24,764 bases of DNA from Candidatus Thorarchaeota archaeon. GTDB taxonomy: Archaea; Asgardarchaeota; Thorarchaeia; Thorarchaeales; Thorarchaeaceae. The DNA lies in NCBI GenBank assembly GCA_020348985.1, contig CP070761.1, forward strand, positions 562,934-587,697, given 5' to 3'. Below are positions 15,944 through 24,764 of the stretch, piece after piece (within the stretch, counting starts at the first letter, position 1; each line of letters begins with the position of its first letter). Position numbers and translations under genes: made by a program. The notes under the pieces were generated by a model, which did no database searches, had not been told where the DNA came from, and worked only from the letters and a program-made list of their open reading frames with translations.

Positions 15944-17290
15944 ATGGCTGATTCTGAGTCTCACGATGGTTCCCAGAAGCTTCCAAGAAGCGTTTACCTA
16001 GTAGGGTCCCTCACAAGATTCGCTCAGGGCATGTATCAACCGTTCACGCAGGCTTACATGATAGATATGGGTGCGTCATTTGCAGAGCTTGGTGCCTTCA
16101 GGGCTGTTGGAAACGCTGCTCCAACAATCCTACAACCAGTATGGGGAGCAAAATCAGACCAAATTGGTCGAAGAAAGCCATTCGTGGCTTTTGGTACATT
16201 GACAGGATTCTTCACAGTGTTTCTATTCTTGTTTGCTGTAACACCTGTTCAAATGATCGTTCTCTTTGGAATCCAGTCTCTGTTACTCAGTATTCAGATT
16301 CCAACTTGGCTTTCGCTCATAGGGGGTTTGATGGATGAGTCCAATCGAGGGGACGAACTCGGAAAGCTGGGACGAGTCACGGACGTCGTCTCACTCATTG
16401 CTACTCTGGTTTCTGGTTTTATTGCCGGGCTCCCAGTCCTTGTGACTTTCCTTAGGTCCTTGTTTGGCGGTTTGGGTGAAGTTCTTCTTCCCGTGGTTGA
16501 TCCATCACGAGCAGAGTACTACTTGCCGTTCTATCTGACTGCCGTGATAGGTATTGCCGCATCTCTCCTATCATTGAAGATCAAAGAGAGACCCCCGGAC
16601 TCAGACAAAAGGAGAGAGTTTCCCCCGCTTCTCCAGATAATCTCGAAGCCTGGCAATTTCCGTCGATTGTGTGCTGTCACCATGTTCTTCTCGTTTAGCA
16701 TGGCGATGGCTTGGCCCTACTTCGCAGTAGTACAGAGAGACTTCCTTGGATTCAGCCTCTTTGAGTTCGCAATTGCTTCTGCAATAATGACAAGCGTATC
16801 TGCGATACTGACACTCTACTTTGGTAGACTCAGTGACAGAGTTGGAAGAAAACCACTCATTGTGTTTGGAAGGGGGATCCTCTTCGTTGTTCCTCTGATT
16901 TACGCCCTCGCACCGGATGCATTGTGGATATACATCGCAAACGCGATTGCTGGAGTATCCATAGCATCATCTTTCAATGCAATCACTGCCTACATCTACG
17001 ATATCGCTCCCGAGGAAGAAAGAGGGTCGTATCTTGCGGTCTATAATACTTTCTCAGGAATAGTCTTCTTGTTCGGCTCGCTAATTGCTGGGTTACTTGG
17101 TGATGCACTGGTTCCTTTCATTGGCTGGTATCTTGGTGCGATCACTATGCTACTTGTGTCCACGGCTCTTAGGTTTGTTTCGTCATTCTTTTACGCATTA
17201 CTGAAGGAGCCCCGAGACTACGATTCCTCAATCTGGAAAGAGCTCAATGGCTTGATAGGCCGAAGACGTGTGTCCCCAGAAGACCTCTAG
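15944..17290 (+). CDS. MFS transporter
   Basis: Motif A appears twice (GAKSDQIGRRK and GRLSDRVGRKP), plus DIAPEEERG and about 12 TM segments. Confidence 0.93.
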   Translation: MADSESHDGSQKLPRSVYLVGSLTRFAQGMYQPFTQAYMIDMGASFAELGAFRAVGNAAPTILQPVWGAKSDQIGRRKPFVAFGTLTGFFTVFLFLFAVTPVQMIVLFGIQSLLLSIQIPTWLSLIGGLMDESNRGDELGKLGRVTDVVSLIATLVSGFIAGLPVLVTFLRSLFGGLGEVLLPVVDPSRAEYYLPFYLTAVIGIAASLLSLKIKERPPDSDKRREFPPLLQIISKPGNFRRLCAVTMFFSFSMAMAWPYFAVVQRDFLGFSLFEFAIASAIMTSVSAILTLYFGRLSDRVGRKPLIVFGRGILFVVPLIYALAPDALWIYIANAIAGVSIASSFNAITAYIYDIAPEEERGSYLAVYNTFSGIVFLFGSLIAGLLGDALVPFIGWYLGAITMLLVSTALRFVSSFFYALLKEPRDYDSSIWKELNGLIGRRRVSPEDL

Positions 17291-17307
17291 AACAGACAGA
17301 CTTAAGG

Positions 17308-17718
17308 ATGCAATCAATAGAGCTTGAGACCTGCAATCCAGATCCGCTTTGTGAGGATGGCAAATTGAAGAAGAAGCTGAGCTTTGAAGACGGCTGGAAA
17401 GTCGAGATCAGGCGAGGGATTCTTCAGTATGCTGTCTTGGCGATAGTAAGGCATCACACACAGGGTATTCATGGATACGGAATTGCAAGAGAACTTGAAG
17501 ACAAAACTGACGGTCTCTTGGTTGTGAAGGAGGGGACATTGTATCCAATCCTTCACCGATTGAAGAAGGAACGCCTGCTTGACGTTAGTACGGAACCGTC
17601 GGAAGCCGGACCAAGGAGAAAGGTATATGTTCTCACCTCGGAAGGCGACCGAGTTCTGCGCGCTCTTACTGTGATTTTGGGTGACATCTTTGAGAAGTTG
17701 GAGGTGCTTAGAGAGTGA
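17308..17718 (+). CDS. PadR-family transcriptional regulator
   Basis: Motifs RRGILQYAVL, HGYGI, EGTLYPILHRL and GPRRKVYVLTSEG. Confidence 0.93.
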   Translation: MQSIELETCNPDPLCEDGKLKKKLSFEDGWKVEIRRGILQYAVLAIVRHHTQGIHGYGIARELEDKTDGLLVVKEGTLYPILHRLKKERLLDVSTEPSEAGPRRKVYVLTSEGDRVLRALTVILGDIFEKLEVLRE

Positions 17719-18197
17719 TTGATTCAGCCATTGACAAGATTGTCGAAGATTACCTTCGGAGAATACGGAAGCTTCTTCCTGATAGCTTCGAGACCGATGA
17801 CTTGGTCGATGACCTCCGATCTCACATTATTGACTCATATGAAGACAAGATTGGGAAGAAACCTGAAGCAGATCGTGTTGTGGTTATAAGGGAGGTCCTT
17901 GAAGAGATAGGCGAACCCGAGGAAATAGCTGAGGAGTACAGGCTTGGTCCACCGAGTGAGCAGGCATTAGAACGTCGTAGAAAACTGGGAACTCGCGTAA
18001 TCTTGAGACTTGTCGCCGCAATAGCTGTGATCATTATAGCTGCTGCAATCGCTGCAACTATCACAGAAGGAGCCCTTGACTTCGGTCTGACAGTTCTTGT
18101 CCTACTCATTTTTGTTGTTGCTGAATGGTTTGCAAGTGCTTGGCAAGCAGGAGAAATGACACCTCTCGATGTAATAGATGGAGATAGGGAAGCCTAA
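17715..18197 (+). CDS. HAAS-domain (PadR-associated) membrane protein, two TM helices
   Basis: Pattern YL..I...L, DLRSHI and EEIGEPEEIAEEY, followed by two hydrophobic helices. Overlaps the PadR stop (GTGA). Confidence 0.8.
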   Translation: MIDSAIDKIVEDYLRRIRKLLPDSFETDDLVDDLRSHIIDSYEDKIGKKPEADRVVVIREVLEEIGEPEEIAEEYRLGPPSEQALERRRKLGTRVILRLVAAIAVIIIAAAIAATITEGALDFGLTVLVLLIFVVAEWFASAWQAGEMTPLDVIDGDREA

Positions 18198-18223
18198 AGT
18201 GTCTGCGAGCTCTGGGTTTCGCC

Positions 18224-18793
18224 ATGGATGTTCAAACACACTACTTTGATGATGCTTCACCCGAGCACACTGATGCCGTACTCTCTTTGGTCTCGAAGAC
18301 ACTAGAGACGAACAAGGCAATCCGGTACGTGGTTGTGGCGACAACGCAAGGTGATACTGGAGTTGCTGCTGCGCGAAGATTCTCTGACTGGAATGTCATT
18401 GTCGTTACACATCAGACAGGGTTCATTGCCCCGAATTTCAATGAACTTACAAAGGAAAGTCGACGGGAGATTGAGGATGCAGGTGCAACGATTCTGACGA
18501 CCACTCACGCCTTTGCTGGAGTTGGCAGGTCACTTCGAAAGCAGTTCGACACCTGGTCTGTTCCTGAGATATTCTCCATAGCATATAGGACTCTCGGACA
18601 GGGAACCAAAGTTTGCGCGGAAATCGCTCTGATGGCTGCCGATTCCGGACTCATACCAGTAGACGAGGATGTAATATGCGTTGGAGGTACTGGAAGAGGC
18701 GCAGACACTGCATGGATTGTCAGGCCCACCTACACAAACACGTTTGCCGATCTTCAATTGAAAGCATGCATCTGCAAGCCTCTGGAATTCTAG
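18224..18793 (+). CDS. Stand-alone pyruvate kinase C-terminal-like (PK_C) domain protein, archaeal MTH1675-type
   Basis: Motifs [47 protein letters not shown] and [10 protein letters not shown]. Confidence 0.85.
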   Translation: MDVQTHYFDDASPEHTDAVLSLVSKTLETNKAIRYVVVATTQGDTGVAAARRFSDWNVIVVTHQTGFIAPNFNELTKESRREIEDAGATILTTTHAFAGVGRSLRKQFDTWSVPEIFSIAYRTLGQGTKVCAEIALMAADSGLIPVDEDVICVGGTGRGADTAWIVRPTYTNTFADLQLKACICKPLEF

Positions 18794-19830
18794 TCGAATA
18801 CCTCCGAGTATTTGCCCAAGTACTTTTTCTGTTCCTTGGAAAGCTTGGTCGGAATATGAATGCTCAGCAGCACGATTTGATCCCCGTCCCTTCCGTCCTG
18901 AGTATGGACCCCTTTTCCTCTCATTCTGAAGCGAGTTCCCCCAGCCGTGGCCTTGGACACTTTGATCTTGCTAGTGCCCCACATTGTCGGCACCTCTATC
19001 TCCCCGCCGAGAACAGCAACAGAGAATGGAATTTCCCACTCGAGGATTACATGAAGACCTCGTCTGAGGAAGATTTCATGAGGTTCTACACTGAACCTCA
19101 CTATCAAATCACCATTAGGTCCACCCCTCTGACCCGCATCTCCACCGCCACGGATTCTCTGTCCCATCCCATCCTCTACACCAGGTGGTATGGGTACCTT
19201 AATCTCAATTCTCTCTTTCTGCAGACCTGAACCCTTGCACTTCGGGCATGGAGAATCTATAATCTCCCCGGCGCCTTCACAAGTCGGACATGTTTCTGAA
19301 ACTCTAAGAAAGCCTCCCATGCTTCGCATGACCTGTCCATTTCCTCGACAAGTTGAGCATGTTCTCGGAGACGAGCCAGGTCCGGCTCCAGATCCGTTGC
19401 AAGTCTCGCATCTGGTCTGTCGGCTGAACGCAATCTCTTTCTCTACGCCAAAGAAGGCTTCTTCGAAAGTCAGAGGTATAGTGATTCTGAGATTCCTTCC
19501 TTGGGGAGGACCGTATCTGCCTCTTCTACCCATTCCGAAATCGCCGAATCCAAAGCTTCGAAACAGCCCTCCAAACAGGTCGTCGAAACTTCCCACATCG
19601 ACTCCCCTGAAGTCAGCTGTCCCAAATCGATCATAGTTTGACCTCTTCTCCGGATCACTGAGGACTTCGTATGCTCTGTTGATTTTCTTCAGCATCTCCT
19701 CGGCTTTGGCATTTCCTGGATTCCGATCTGGATGATACTTTTTTGCAAGAGTCCTGTATGCTTTCTTAATCTCTTCTTGAGAGGCAGTCCTGCCCACACC
19801 AAGTATTTCATAGAGGTCCTCTTCAGCCAA
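18790..19830 (-). CDS. dnaJ: Chaperone DnaJ
   Basis: J-domain with HPD, a G/F-rich region and four CxxCxGxG repeats. Confidence 0.97.
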   Translation of the reverse strand: MAEEDLYEILGVGRTASQEEIKKAYRTLAKKYHPDRNPGNAKAEEMLKKINRAYEVLSDPEKRSNYDRFGTADFRGVDVGSFDDLFGGLFRSFGFGDFGMGRRGRYGPPQGRNLRITIPLTFEEAFFGVEKEIAFSRQTRCETCNGSGAGPGSSPRTCSTCRGNGQVMRSMGGFLRVSETCPTCEGAGEIIDSPCPKCKGSGLQKERIEIKVPIPPGVEDGMGQRIRGGGDAGQRGGPNGDLIVRFSVEPHEIFLRRGLHVILEWEIPFSVAVLGGEIEVPTMWGTSKIKVSKATAGGTRFRMRGKGVHTQDGRDGDQIVLLSIHIPTKLSKEQKKYLGKYSEVFD

Positions 19831-19856
19831 CTAACCACACCCATACTGACAAGAAG

Positions 19857-21719
19857 TCAATCAAGGTCTTCAAAGTCTACATCTACGGCTTCTTCGTCGT
19901 CACTAGACTCAGCCCCGCCTGAAGGCTGCGGCCCTGCTGGACCAGCTCCGCCAAACATTTGACTAGGATCTACACCTGCAGCACCAGGTTGCTGCGAACC
20001 GTAGACTTTCTCTGAGACCTTGTACAGAGTTTGTTGAAGGTCTTCGGATCCACTCTTTATTCCTTCGAAGTCTTCTGCTTCGATGGCCTTTCTGAGCTTT
20101 TCCGATTTCTCTTCTATCTCCTTCTTCATATCCTCAGGAACTTGATCGCCAAAGTCTTTCAGCATTTTCTGTCCTTGGTAGATAAGATGATCCGCACCTA
20201 CCTTTGCCTCAATCTGTATCTTCCTCTTTGCGTCTTCTTCAGCATACTTCTGGGCTTCCTCGACCATCCGTGATATGTCTCCTTCCTCTAGATTCGTTGA
20301 GGCCGTAATTGTGATCGACTGCTCGTTTCCTGTCTTCAGATCTTTGGCTTTCACATTCACAATGCCATTGGCATCGATGTCGAATGTTACTTCTATTTGA
20401 GGCACTCCCCGTGGAGCAGGTGGGATGCCGTCCAGTCTGAAACGTCCCAAAGTCATGTTCTGTGCGGCCAACGGACGTTCTCCTTGGACCACATGGATGT
20501 CAACAGCAGGCTGACCGTCAGCGGCAGTTGAGAAGATCTGGCTTTTGTTGGTAGGAATTGTTGTATTCCTTTCGATTAGTGGTGTAGCAATGCCACCCTC
20601 GGTCTCAATGCTAAGTGTCAACGGAGTGACATCCAAGAGAAGTATATCGTGCTCTCCAGAGAGAACACCCGCCTGAGCTGCTGCACCAAGTGCAACACAT
20701 TCGTCAGGGTTGACACTCTTGTCACCCTCCTTCCCGAACATTGTCCTGATTATGTTCTGAATCATCGGCATTCTGGTTGCGCCGCCGACGAGCAGAATCT
20801 TGTTGATCTGTTCCGGCTCTTGCTTGGCATCAGAGAGCGCTTGCTTGATCGGACCGATAGTAGCTTGAACCAAGTCCTCTGTCATATGTTCAAACTGTGA
20901 TCTTGCAAGTTCGACATTGATGTGTTTGGGACCCGAAGCATCTGCTGTGATATACGGCAGGTTGATTGTAGTCTGCATCACGGTTGATAGCTCAATCTTT
21001 GCCTGCTCCGCCGCATCTCTAATCCGCTGCATTGCAGAGAGATCCTGTGTAATGTCCATCCCAGTCTCATCGTTAAACTGCTTGACGACCCAGTCGATGA
21101 CTCTCTTGTCCCAATCATCCCCGCCCAACTGTGTGTTTCCACTTGTTGACAATACCTGATAGACTTCCTCTCCTATTTCGAGGATTGACACATCAAAGGT
21201 TCCGCCACCGAGATCATAAACGAGTACTTTGACCTCCTGTCCCTTGTCGAGACCGTAGGCCAAGGCGGATGCCGTGGGCTCGTTGACTATTCTCTCAACT
21301 TCAAAGCCCGCGATTGTCCCTGCATCCTTTGTCGCTTGCCTCTGACTGTCGTTGAAGTAGGCAGGTACCGTGATCACGGCTTTGACAATCTTCTCTCCCA
21401 GGAATGCCTCCGCATCATTCTTCAGCTTTCTAAGGATCATCGCAGAGATTTCCTGAGGGCTGTACTCGGTGTCACCTATCTTCACCTTGTAGTCTTGTCC
21501 CATTTTCCTCTTTATTGAACGTACTGTTCTCTCGGGCATAGAGACTGCTTGGCGCCTTGCCAGCTCGCCAACCACAATCTCCCCCTTTGGTGTTATGCCA
21601 ACTACGGATGCTGTTAGTCGTTTACCTTCTGCATTGGGAATTATCGTTGGTTTTCCGCCCTCCATGTAGGCGATGCCACTGTTTGTTGTTCCCAAATCAA
21701 TTCCTACAATCTTGCTCAT
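19857..21719 (-). CDS. dnaK: Chaperone DnaK (Hsp70)
   Basis: Motifs [30 protein letters not shown] and [15 protein letters not shown]. Lacks the ~23-aa Gram-negative-type insert. Confidence 0.98.
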   Translation of the reverse strand: MSKIVGIDLGTTNSGIAYMEGGKPTIIPNAEGKRLTASVVGITPKGEIVVGELARRQAVSMPERTVRSIKRKMGQDYKVKIGDTEYSPQEISAMILRKLKNDAEAFLGEKIVKAVITVPAYFNDSQRQATKDAGTIAGFEVERIVNEPTASALAYGLDKGQEVKVLVYDLGGGTFDVSILEIGEEVYQVLSTSGNTQLGGDDWDKRVIDWVVKQFNDETGMDITQDLSAMQRIRDAAEQAKIELSTVMQTTINLPYITADASGPKHINVELARSQFEHMTEDLVQATIGPIKQALSDAKQEPEQINKILLVGGATRMPMIQNIIRTMFGKEGDKSVNPDECVALGAAAQAGVLSGEHDILLLDVTPLTLSIETEGGIATPLIERNTTIPTNKSQIFSTAADGQPAVDIHVVQGERPLAAQNMTLGRFRLDGIPPAPRGVPQIEVTFDIDANGIVNVKAKDLKTGNEQSITITASTNLEEGDISRMVEEAQKYAEEDAKRKIQIEAKVGADHLIYQGQKMLKDFGDQVPEDMKKEIEEKSEKLRKAIEAEDFEGIKSGSEDLQQTLYKVSEKVYGSQQPGAAGVDPSQMFGGAGPAGPQPSGGAESSDDEEAVDVDFEDLD

Positions 21720-21721
21720 CA

Positions 21722-22363
21722 CTACTCACCCTGTTCTTCTTCATCTCTCAGGTCATCGAAATCCAAATCGACCTCAATCTCTACATCACTTGTGTCCTCA
21801 GCGACAGATTCGAAAACATGTCGGTTCACAACAACGAGCGCGGGCCGAAGAACCCTCTCTCTAATCATGTAGCCTCTCTGAATCTCTTCCACAACCATCC
21901 CGTCTGGAACATCTGGATCATTTGATTTGGCTACTGCATGCTGATAGAAGGGATCAAATTGCTTTCCCGTAGACTCAATCGGACGCACATGTTCCTGCTC
22001 AAGTATCTTTACGATTTGCTGAACTATGGCCGCTACACCCTCTCTGGCAGCGTCTGGGTCTTCAGCAAAGTCCGCACCCAGGGCACGCTCGAGATTGTCC
22101 AGGACTTCCATGAACCTAAGGAGGATTGATTCACTAGCGAACTGGGCTGCGTCCGAGAATCTGCTCTCGATTCTCTTGCGGTAGTTGTCGAACTCTGCCT
22201 GAAGTCTACGCAGCCTCTCCTGAAGATCATCTTCAACCGTTTCTACTTCGAGCGTGATTTCTTCCTCATCTGGTGCTGGCTTGGACCCGTCAGCATCCTT
22301 CAAATCCGCATCGTCTAAAGGAGGGTTATCAGATGCCTTGTTTGCTTCATTGTTTTCATGCAT
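21722..22363 (-). CDS. grpE: Nucleotide exchange factor GrpE
   Basis: Motifs [29 protein letters not shown] and [14 protein letters not shown]. Directly upstream of dnaK. Confidence 0.97.
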   Translation of the reverse strand: MHENNEANKASDNPPLDDADLKDADGSKPAPDEEEITLEVETVEDDLQERLRRLQAEFDNYRKRIESRFSDAAQFASESILLRFMEVLDNLERALGADFAEDPDAAREGVAAIVQQIVKILEQEHVRPIESTGKQFDPFYQHAVAKSNDPDVPDGMVVEEIQRGYMIRERVLRPALVVVNRHVFESVAEDTSDVEIEVDLDFDDLRDEEEQGE

Positions 22364-22599
22364 TTCTCGGTCACTCTGGTTCTCTATGGATTACGCTGAC
22401 TGGCAAACACGCACAGAAGCATATCGAGCCTATGGCTCGACGTGGGGAAAACCACTGAAAGGCGAATCCCCCGGTGACTCGGTCCCATCAGCCAGATGTA
22501 CGAAGAAAAACCTTTCGACTTGGTCTGTATTGAGATCCTAATCCAACCCACATCCTAACCGAAAACAACATTTGTGGCATTAGGACCCGGAATCAAGGA

Positions 22600-23340
22600 G
22601 TGCACGAAGATTTGGATATAGAAAAAGCGAAGCGACTGCTCTCTCAATCTCAGAGAGTCTGTGCCCTGACTGGCGCCGGCATAAGTGTTGACTCCGGCAT
22701 ACCCGACTTCAGATCGGAAGGCGGTCTCTGGGCACGATACGACCCTCATGAATATGCAACCTATGACAGTTTTCTCAGGGATCCAACGAAGTTCTGGACT
22801 ATGGGGCGAGAGCTTGCAGAAGTACTGATCAGTGCAGAACCAAACGCGGCTCATCTATCATTGGCCAAGATGGAGGAAGAAGGCAAGCTGATTGGTGTCA
22901 TCACGCAAAACATCGACAATCTTCACCAGGTTGCCGGAAACAAGAATGTAGTGGAACTTCATGGAAATTACTTGCGGGCCTATTGTATGGACTGCGAAAG
23001 AGAATACGTTGGAGAGGAAATACACAGACGAGTTGCCAGTGGGGAGGTCCCTCCAAAGTGTGATCATTGTGGCGGCGTTCTAAAGTCTGAGGCTGTACTA
23101 TTCGGTGAACCACTTCCTGAGAAAGCGATGGGAGCAGCAATCCGTCTCTGTAAGAAGGCGGACCTGATGCTCGTCGTTGGAACAAGTCTAACCATCTATC
23201 CTGCGGCCTATCTCCCGCAGCTTGCGAAGGATTTTGGTGCGAAAGTTGTTCTTGTGAGTCTTGAAGGCGTCGATCGAGATGGAGTAGCAGATTGTGTTGT
23301 CAAAGGAAGAGCCTCTGAGATTCTTCCGAAGATACTCTGA
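22600..23340 (+). CDS. cobB: NAD-dependent protein deacylase (Sir2/CobB family)
   Basis: Motifs GAGISVDSGIPDFR, TQNIDNLH, ELHGN, two CxxC, LFGE and VGTSL. Confidence 0.95.
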   Translation: MHEDLDIEKAKRLLSQSQRVCALTGAGISVDSGIPDFRSEGGLWARYDPHEYATYDSFLRDPTKFWTMGRELAEVLISAEPNAAHLSLAKMEEEGKLIGVITQNIDNLHQVAGNKNVVELHGNYLRAYCMDCEREYVGEEIHRRVASGEVPPKCDHCGGVLKSEAVLFGEPLPEKAMGAAIRLCKKADLMLVVGTSLTIYPAAYLPQLAKDFGAKVVLVSLEGVDRDGVADCVVKGRASEILPKIL

Positions 23341-23369
23341 GCCTGTCTGGGCGTCGTTTCTACAGATTC

Positions 23370-23382
23370 CGAACCCTTAAAC
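23370..23382 (+). promoter_or_regulatory. Putative BRE/TATA promoter for the CitG-like gene
   Basis: CGAACCCTTAAAC lies about 27 nt upstream of the ATG at 23409, consistent with a nearly leaderless archaeal transcript. Confidence 0.45.
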
Positions 23383-23408
23383 GGTAATTGATTCCCCCTG
23401 CACACAGC

Positions 23409-24368
23409 ATGTCGGAGATTGCCTGGAAGCTTTCGGCCAATGGTCAACTAGCTGTTCTCCTTGAAGCGAGCTCACCAAAACCTGGCAACGTCAGCAGGTT
23501 GAGACGATTCTCAGACACTGGTTATCGACACTTCCTGGCAAGCGCGACCCTATTGGGAAGAGGTTTATACATTGCCGCATCAAGAGGTGTTTCTGTTGCG
23601 GAGGGCGAAGTGGATGCCTCGAATGTACTCATTGGTGAGCTGGTGTACCAATGCGCTGAAGACGTCTTCACAGGCCTAAACCGAAGAAACACCCTTTTGG
23701 GCACGATTCTCCTACATGTTCCTCTGGTAGTGAGCATTGCGGCGGGAGTCAAGGAAAAGGGTTTCTTTGACTCAACCATAACAAGGTCTTGGATTTCCAC
23801 CGTGTTGGGCAGAACAACCAACAAAGACGCAATTGATGTGTACCGAGCTTTTCACTTCACACGTCAAAGCGGCGAGATGAACAAAGAAGACTCGTCGTGG
23901 ACAAAGGTCCATGACAGATATGATATCGACAATCCGAATGTCTACGATAATCTTAGAAAAGATGACATTTCTTTGATCGACTTGTTTCAGAAGTCCGCCT
24001 CAGTTGACACCATCAGTAGGGAATGGTCTGAGGATTATGAGTTAACTCTCACCCAGAGCCATCCATATTTGAGCGACCTGTCCGAGAGTCTTGAGGATCT
24101 CGAAGAGGCAATAGTGAAGACTTTCATCTGGCTTCTTTCGAAGCAACCTGATGGTCTAATTGCAAAGAAGGCAGGTTGGGATCAAGCAGAAGAAGTCACC
24201 AGGCTGGCTCAGGTGATAGTGGAGGGCGGCTTCTCTTCAAATGATATTTCAAACCTCGATGTCTATTTGAGGTCCGACGGAAATCTACTAAATCCGGGCT
24301 CAACTGCAGACCTCGTGTCAGCAGCCATTCTTTGTAGGCTTGCTGAATTGCAGTTCCCAAAGCCCTGA
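23409..24368 (+). CDS. citG: Triphosphoribosyl-dephospho-CoA synthase (CitG-like, archaeal type)
   Basis: Motifs LLEASSPKPGNV, NTLLGTILL, PDGLIAKK and LNPGSTADL. Start MSEIAW is preferred. Confidence 0.85.
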   Translation: MSEIAWKLSANGQLAVLLEASSPKPGNVSRLRRFSDTGYRHFLASATLLGRGLYIAASRGVSVAEGEVDASNVLIGELVYQCAEDVFTGLNRRNTLLGTILLHVPLVVSIAAGVKEKGFFDSTITRSWISTVLGRTTNKDAIDVYRAFHFTRQSGEMNKEDSSWTKVHDRYDIDNPNVYDNLRKDDISLIDLFQKSASVDTISREWSEDYELTLTQSHPYLSDLSESLEDLEEAIVKTFIWLLSKQPDGLIAKKAGWDQAEEVTRLAQVIVEGGFSSNDISNLDVYLRSDGNLLNPGSTADLVSAAILCRLAELQFPKP

Positions 24369-24474
24369 CCAAGTATCGGGATCCATAAGGTCATTCTATC
24401 AATAGTGGTTTTGACTGGTGTGAGCTATCAGAAAGAAGATTAGAGAGTCCGAGACCCGCACGGGGCTCATTGGA

Positions 24475-24747
24475 CTACATGAGAAACTGACGAAACACGT
24501 GCTCATACCTAGCACGAAGTTGCCGTGTCTTCTCGGCGTTTGCTATGTAGAGAGGTTGCCTCATATCACGCAAATTCGGAATTCTCTTACAGAGATCTTG
24601 GCCCATTAGCTTTCGAAGGGCAAACGAAACTGTTCTGGGTGCAAGATCCACCTTTGAACTGATGTCCTTGGGGGTCATTGGTCCTTCCTTTGCCAACCGG
24701 GAGAGCACTACAATTGCACTTCTTGGTAGATTTAGGGACACATTCAC
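24475..24747 (-). CDS. Small winged helix-turn-helix protein (MarR/ArsR-like, archaeal)
   Basis: Motifs GPMTPKDI, LAPRTVSFALRKL and PNLRDMRQPLY. GTG start with a GGTGA SD. Confidence 0.85.
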   Translation of the reverse strand: MNVSLNLPRSAIVVLSRLAKEGPMTPKDISSKVDLAPRTVSFALRKLMGQDLCKRIPNLRDMRQPLYIANAEKTRQLRARYEHVFRQFLM

Positions 24748-24764
24748 CTATTGATCACCCCAAT

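Noticed and set aside
18613-19636. Long plus-strand ORFs antisense to dnaJ, and similar ORFs opposite other genes
   Set aside because: These are antisense shadows of well-supported genes, with no motifs of their own.
24446-24476. Imperfect hairpin right after the wHTH stop
   Set aside because: The stem is bulged and interrupted. It may be a terminator between convergent genes but is too weak to call.

Overview
A gene-dense archaeal chromosomal segment. The archaeal assignment rests on topoisomerase VI A/B, cofE, TATA-type promoters and a DnaK lacking the Gram-negative insert. An Asgard (Thorarchaeia-like) source is my inference and is not proven. Housekeeping content: a SAM methyltransferase, top6A/top6B, cofE, 3-hydroxyacyl-CoA dehydrogenase, two tandem lysophospholipase-like hydrolases, a YkgJ-type Cys protein, an Xaa-Pro peptidase, two MFS transporters, a PadR plus HAAS pair, a PK_C-like protein, grpE-dnaK-dnaJ, a sirtuin, a CitG-like protein and a small wHTH regulator. 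The most striking unannotated structure lies at about 7.3-11.15 kb. A ~195-bp module occurs twice, exactly 1688 bp apart with no indels, flanking an S41 peptidase gene. Each copy carries a perfect palindrome (AGTCACATnATGTGACT), a TATA box and a 29-aa basic peptide ORF too short for the ORF track (MAIAKKIKNTHGSKKNISTSAMAYSYFRR and MAIAKKIKKTHSSKKRINADAMAYNYFRR). These are followed on the same strand by a 71-aa Cys-containing ORF overlapping the start of an MFS transporter. This is a candidate small-peptide/protease/transporter system, or a leader-peptide regulatory system. Also notable is a Topo VI A (Spo11 homolog) with a ~420-aa N-terminal extension made of histone-H1-like Lys/Ala/Pro repeats and two helix-hairpin-helix domains.
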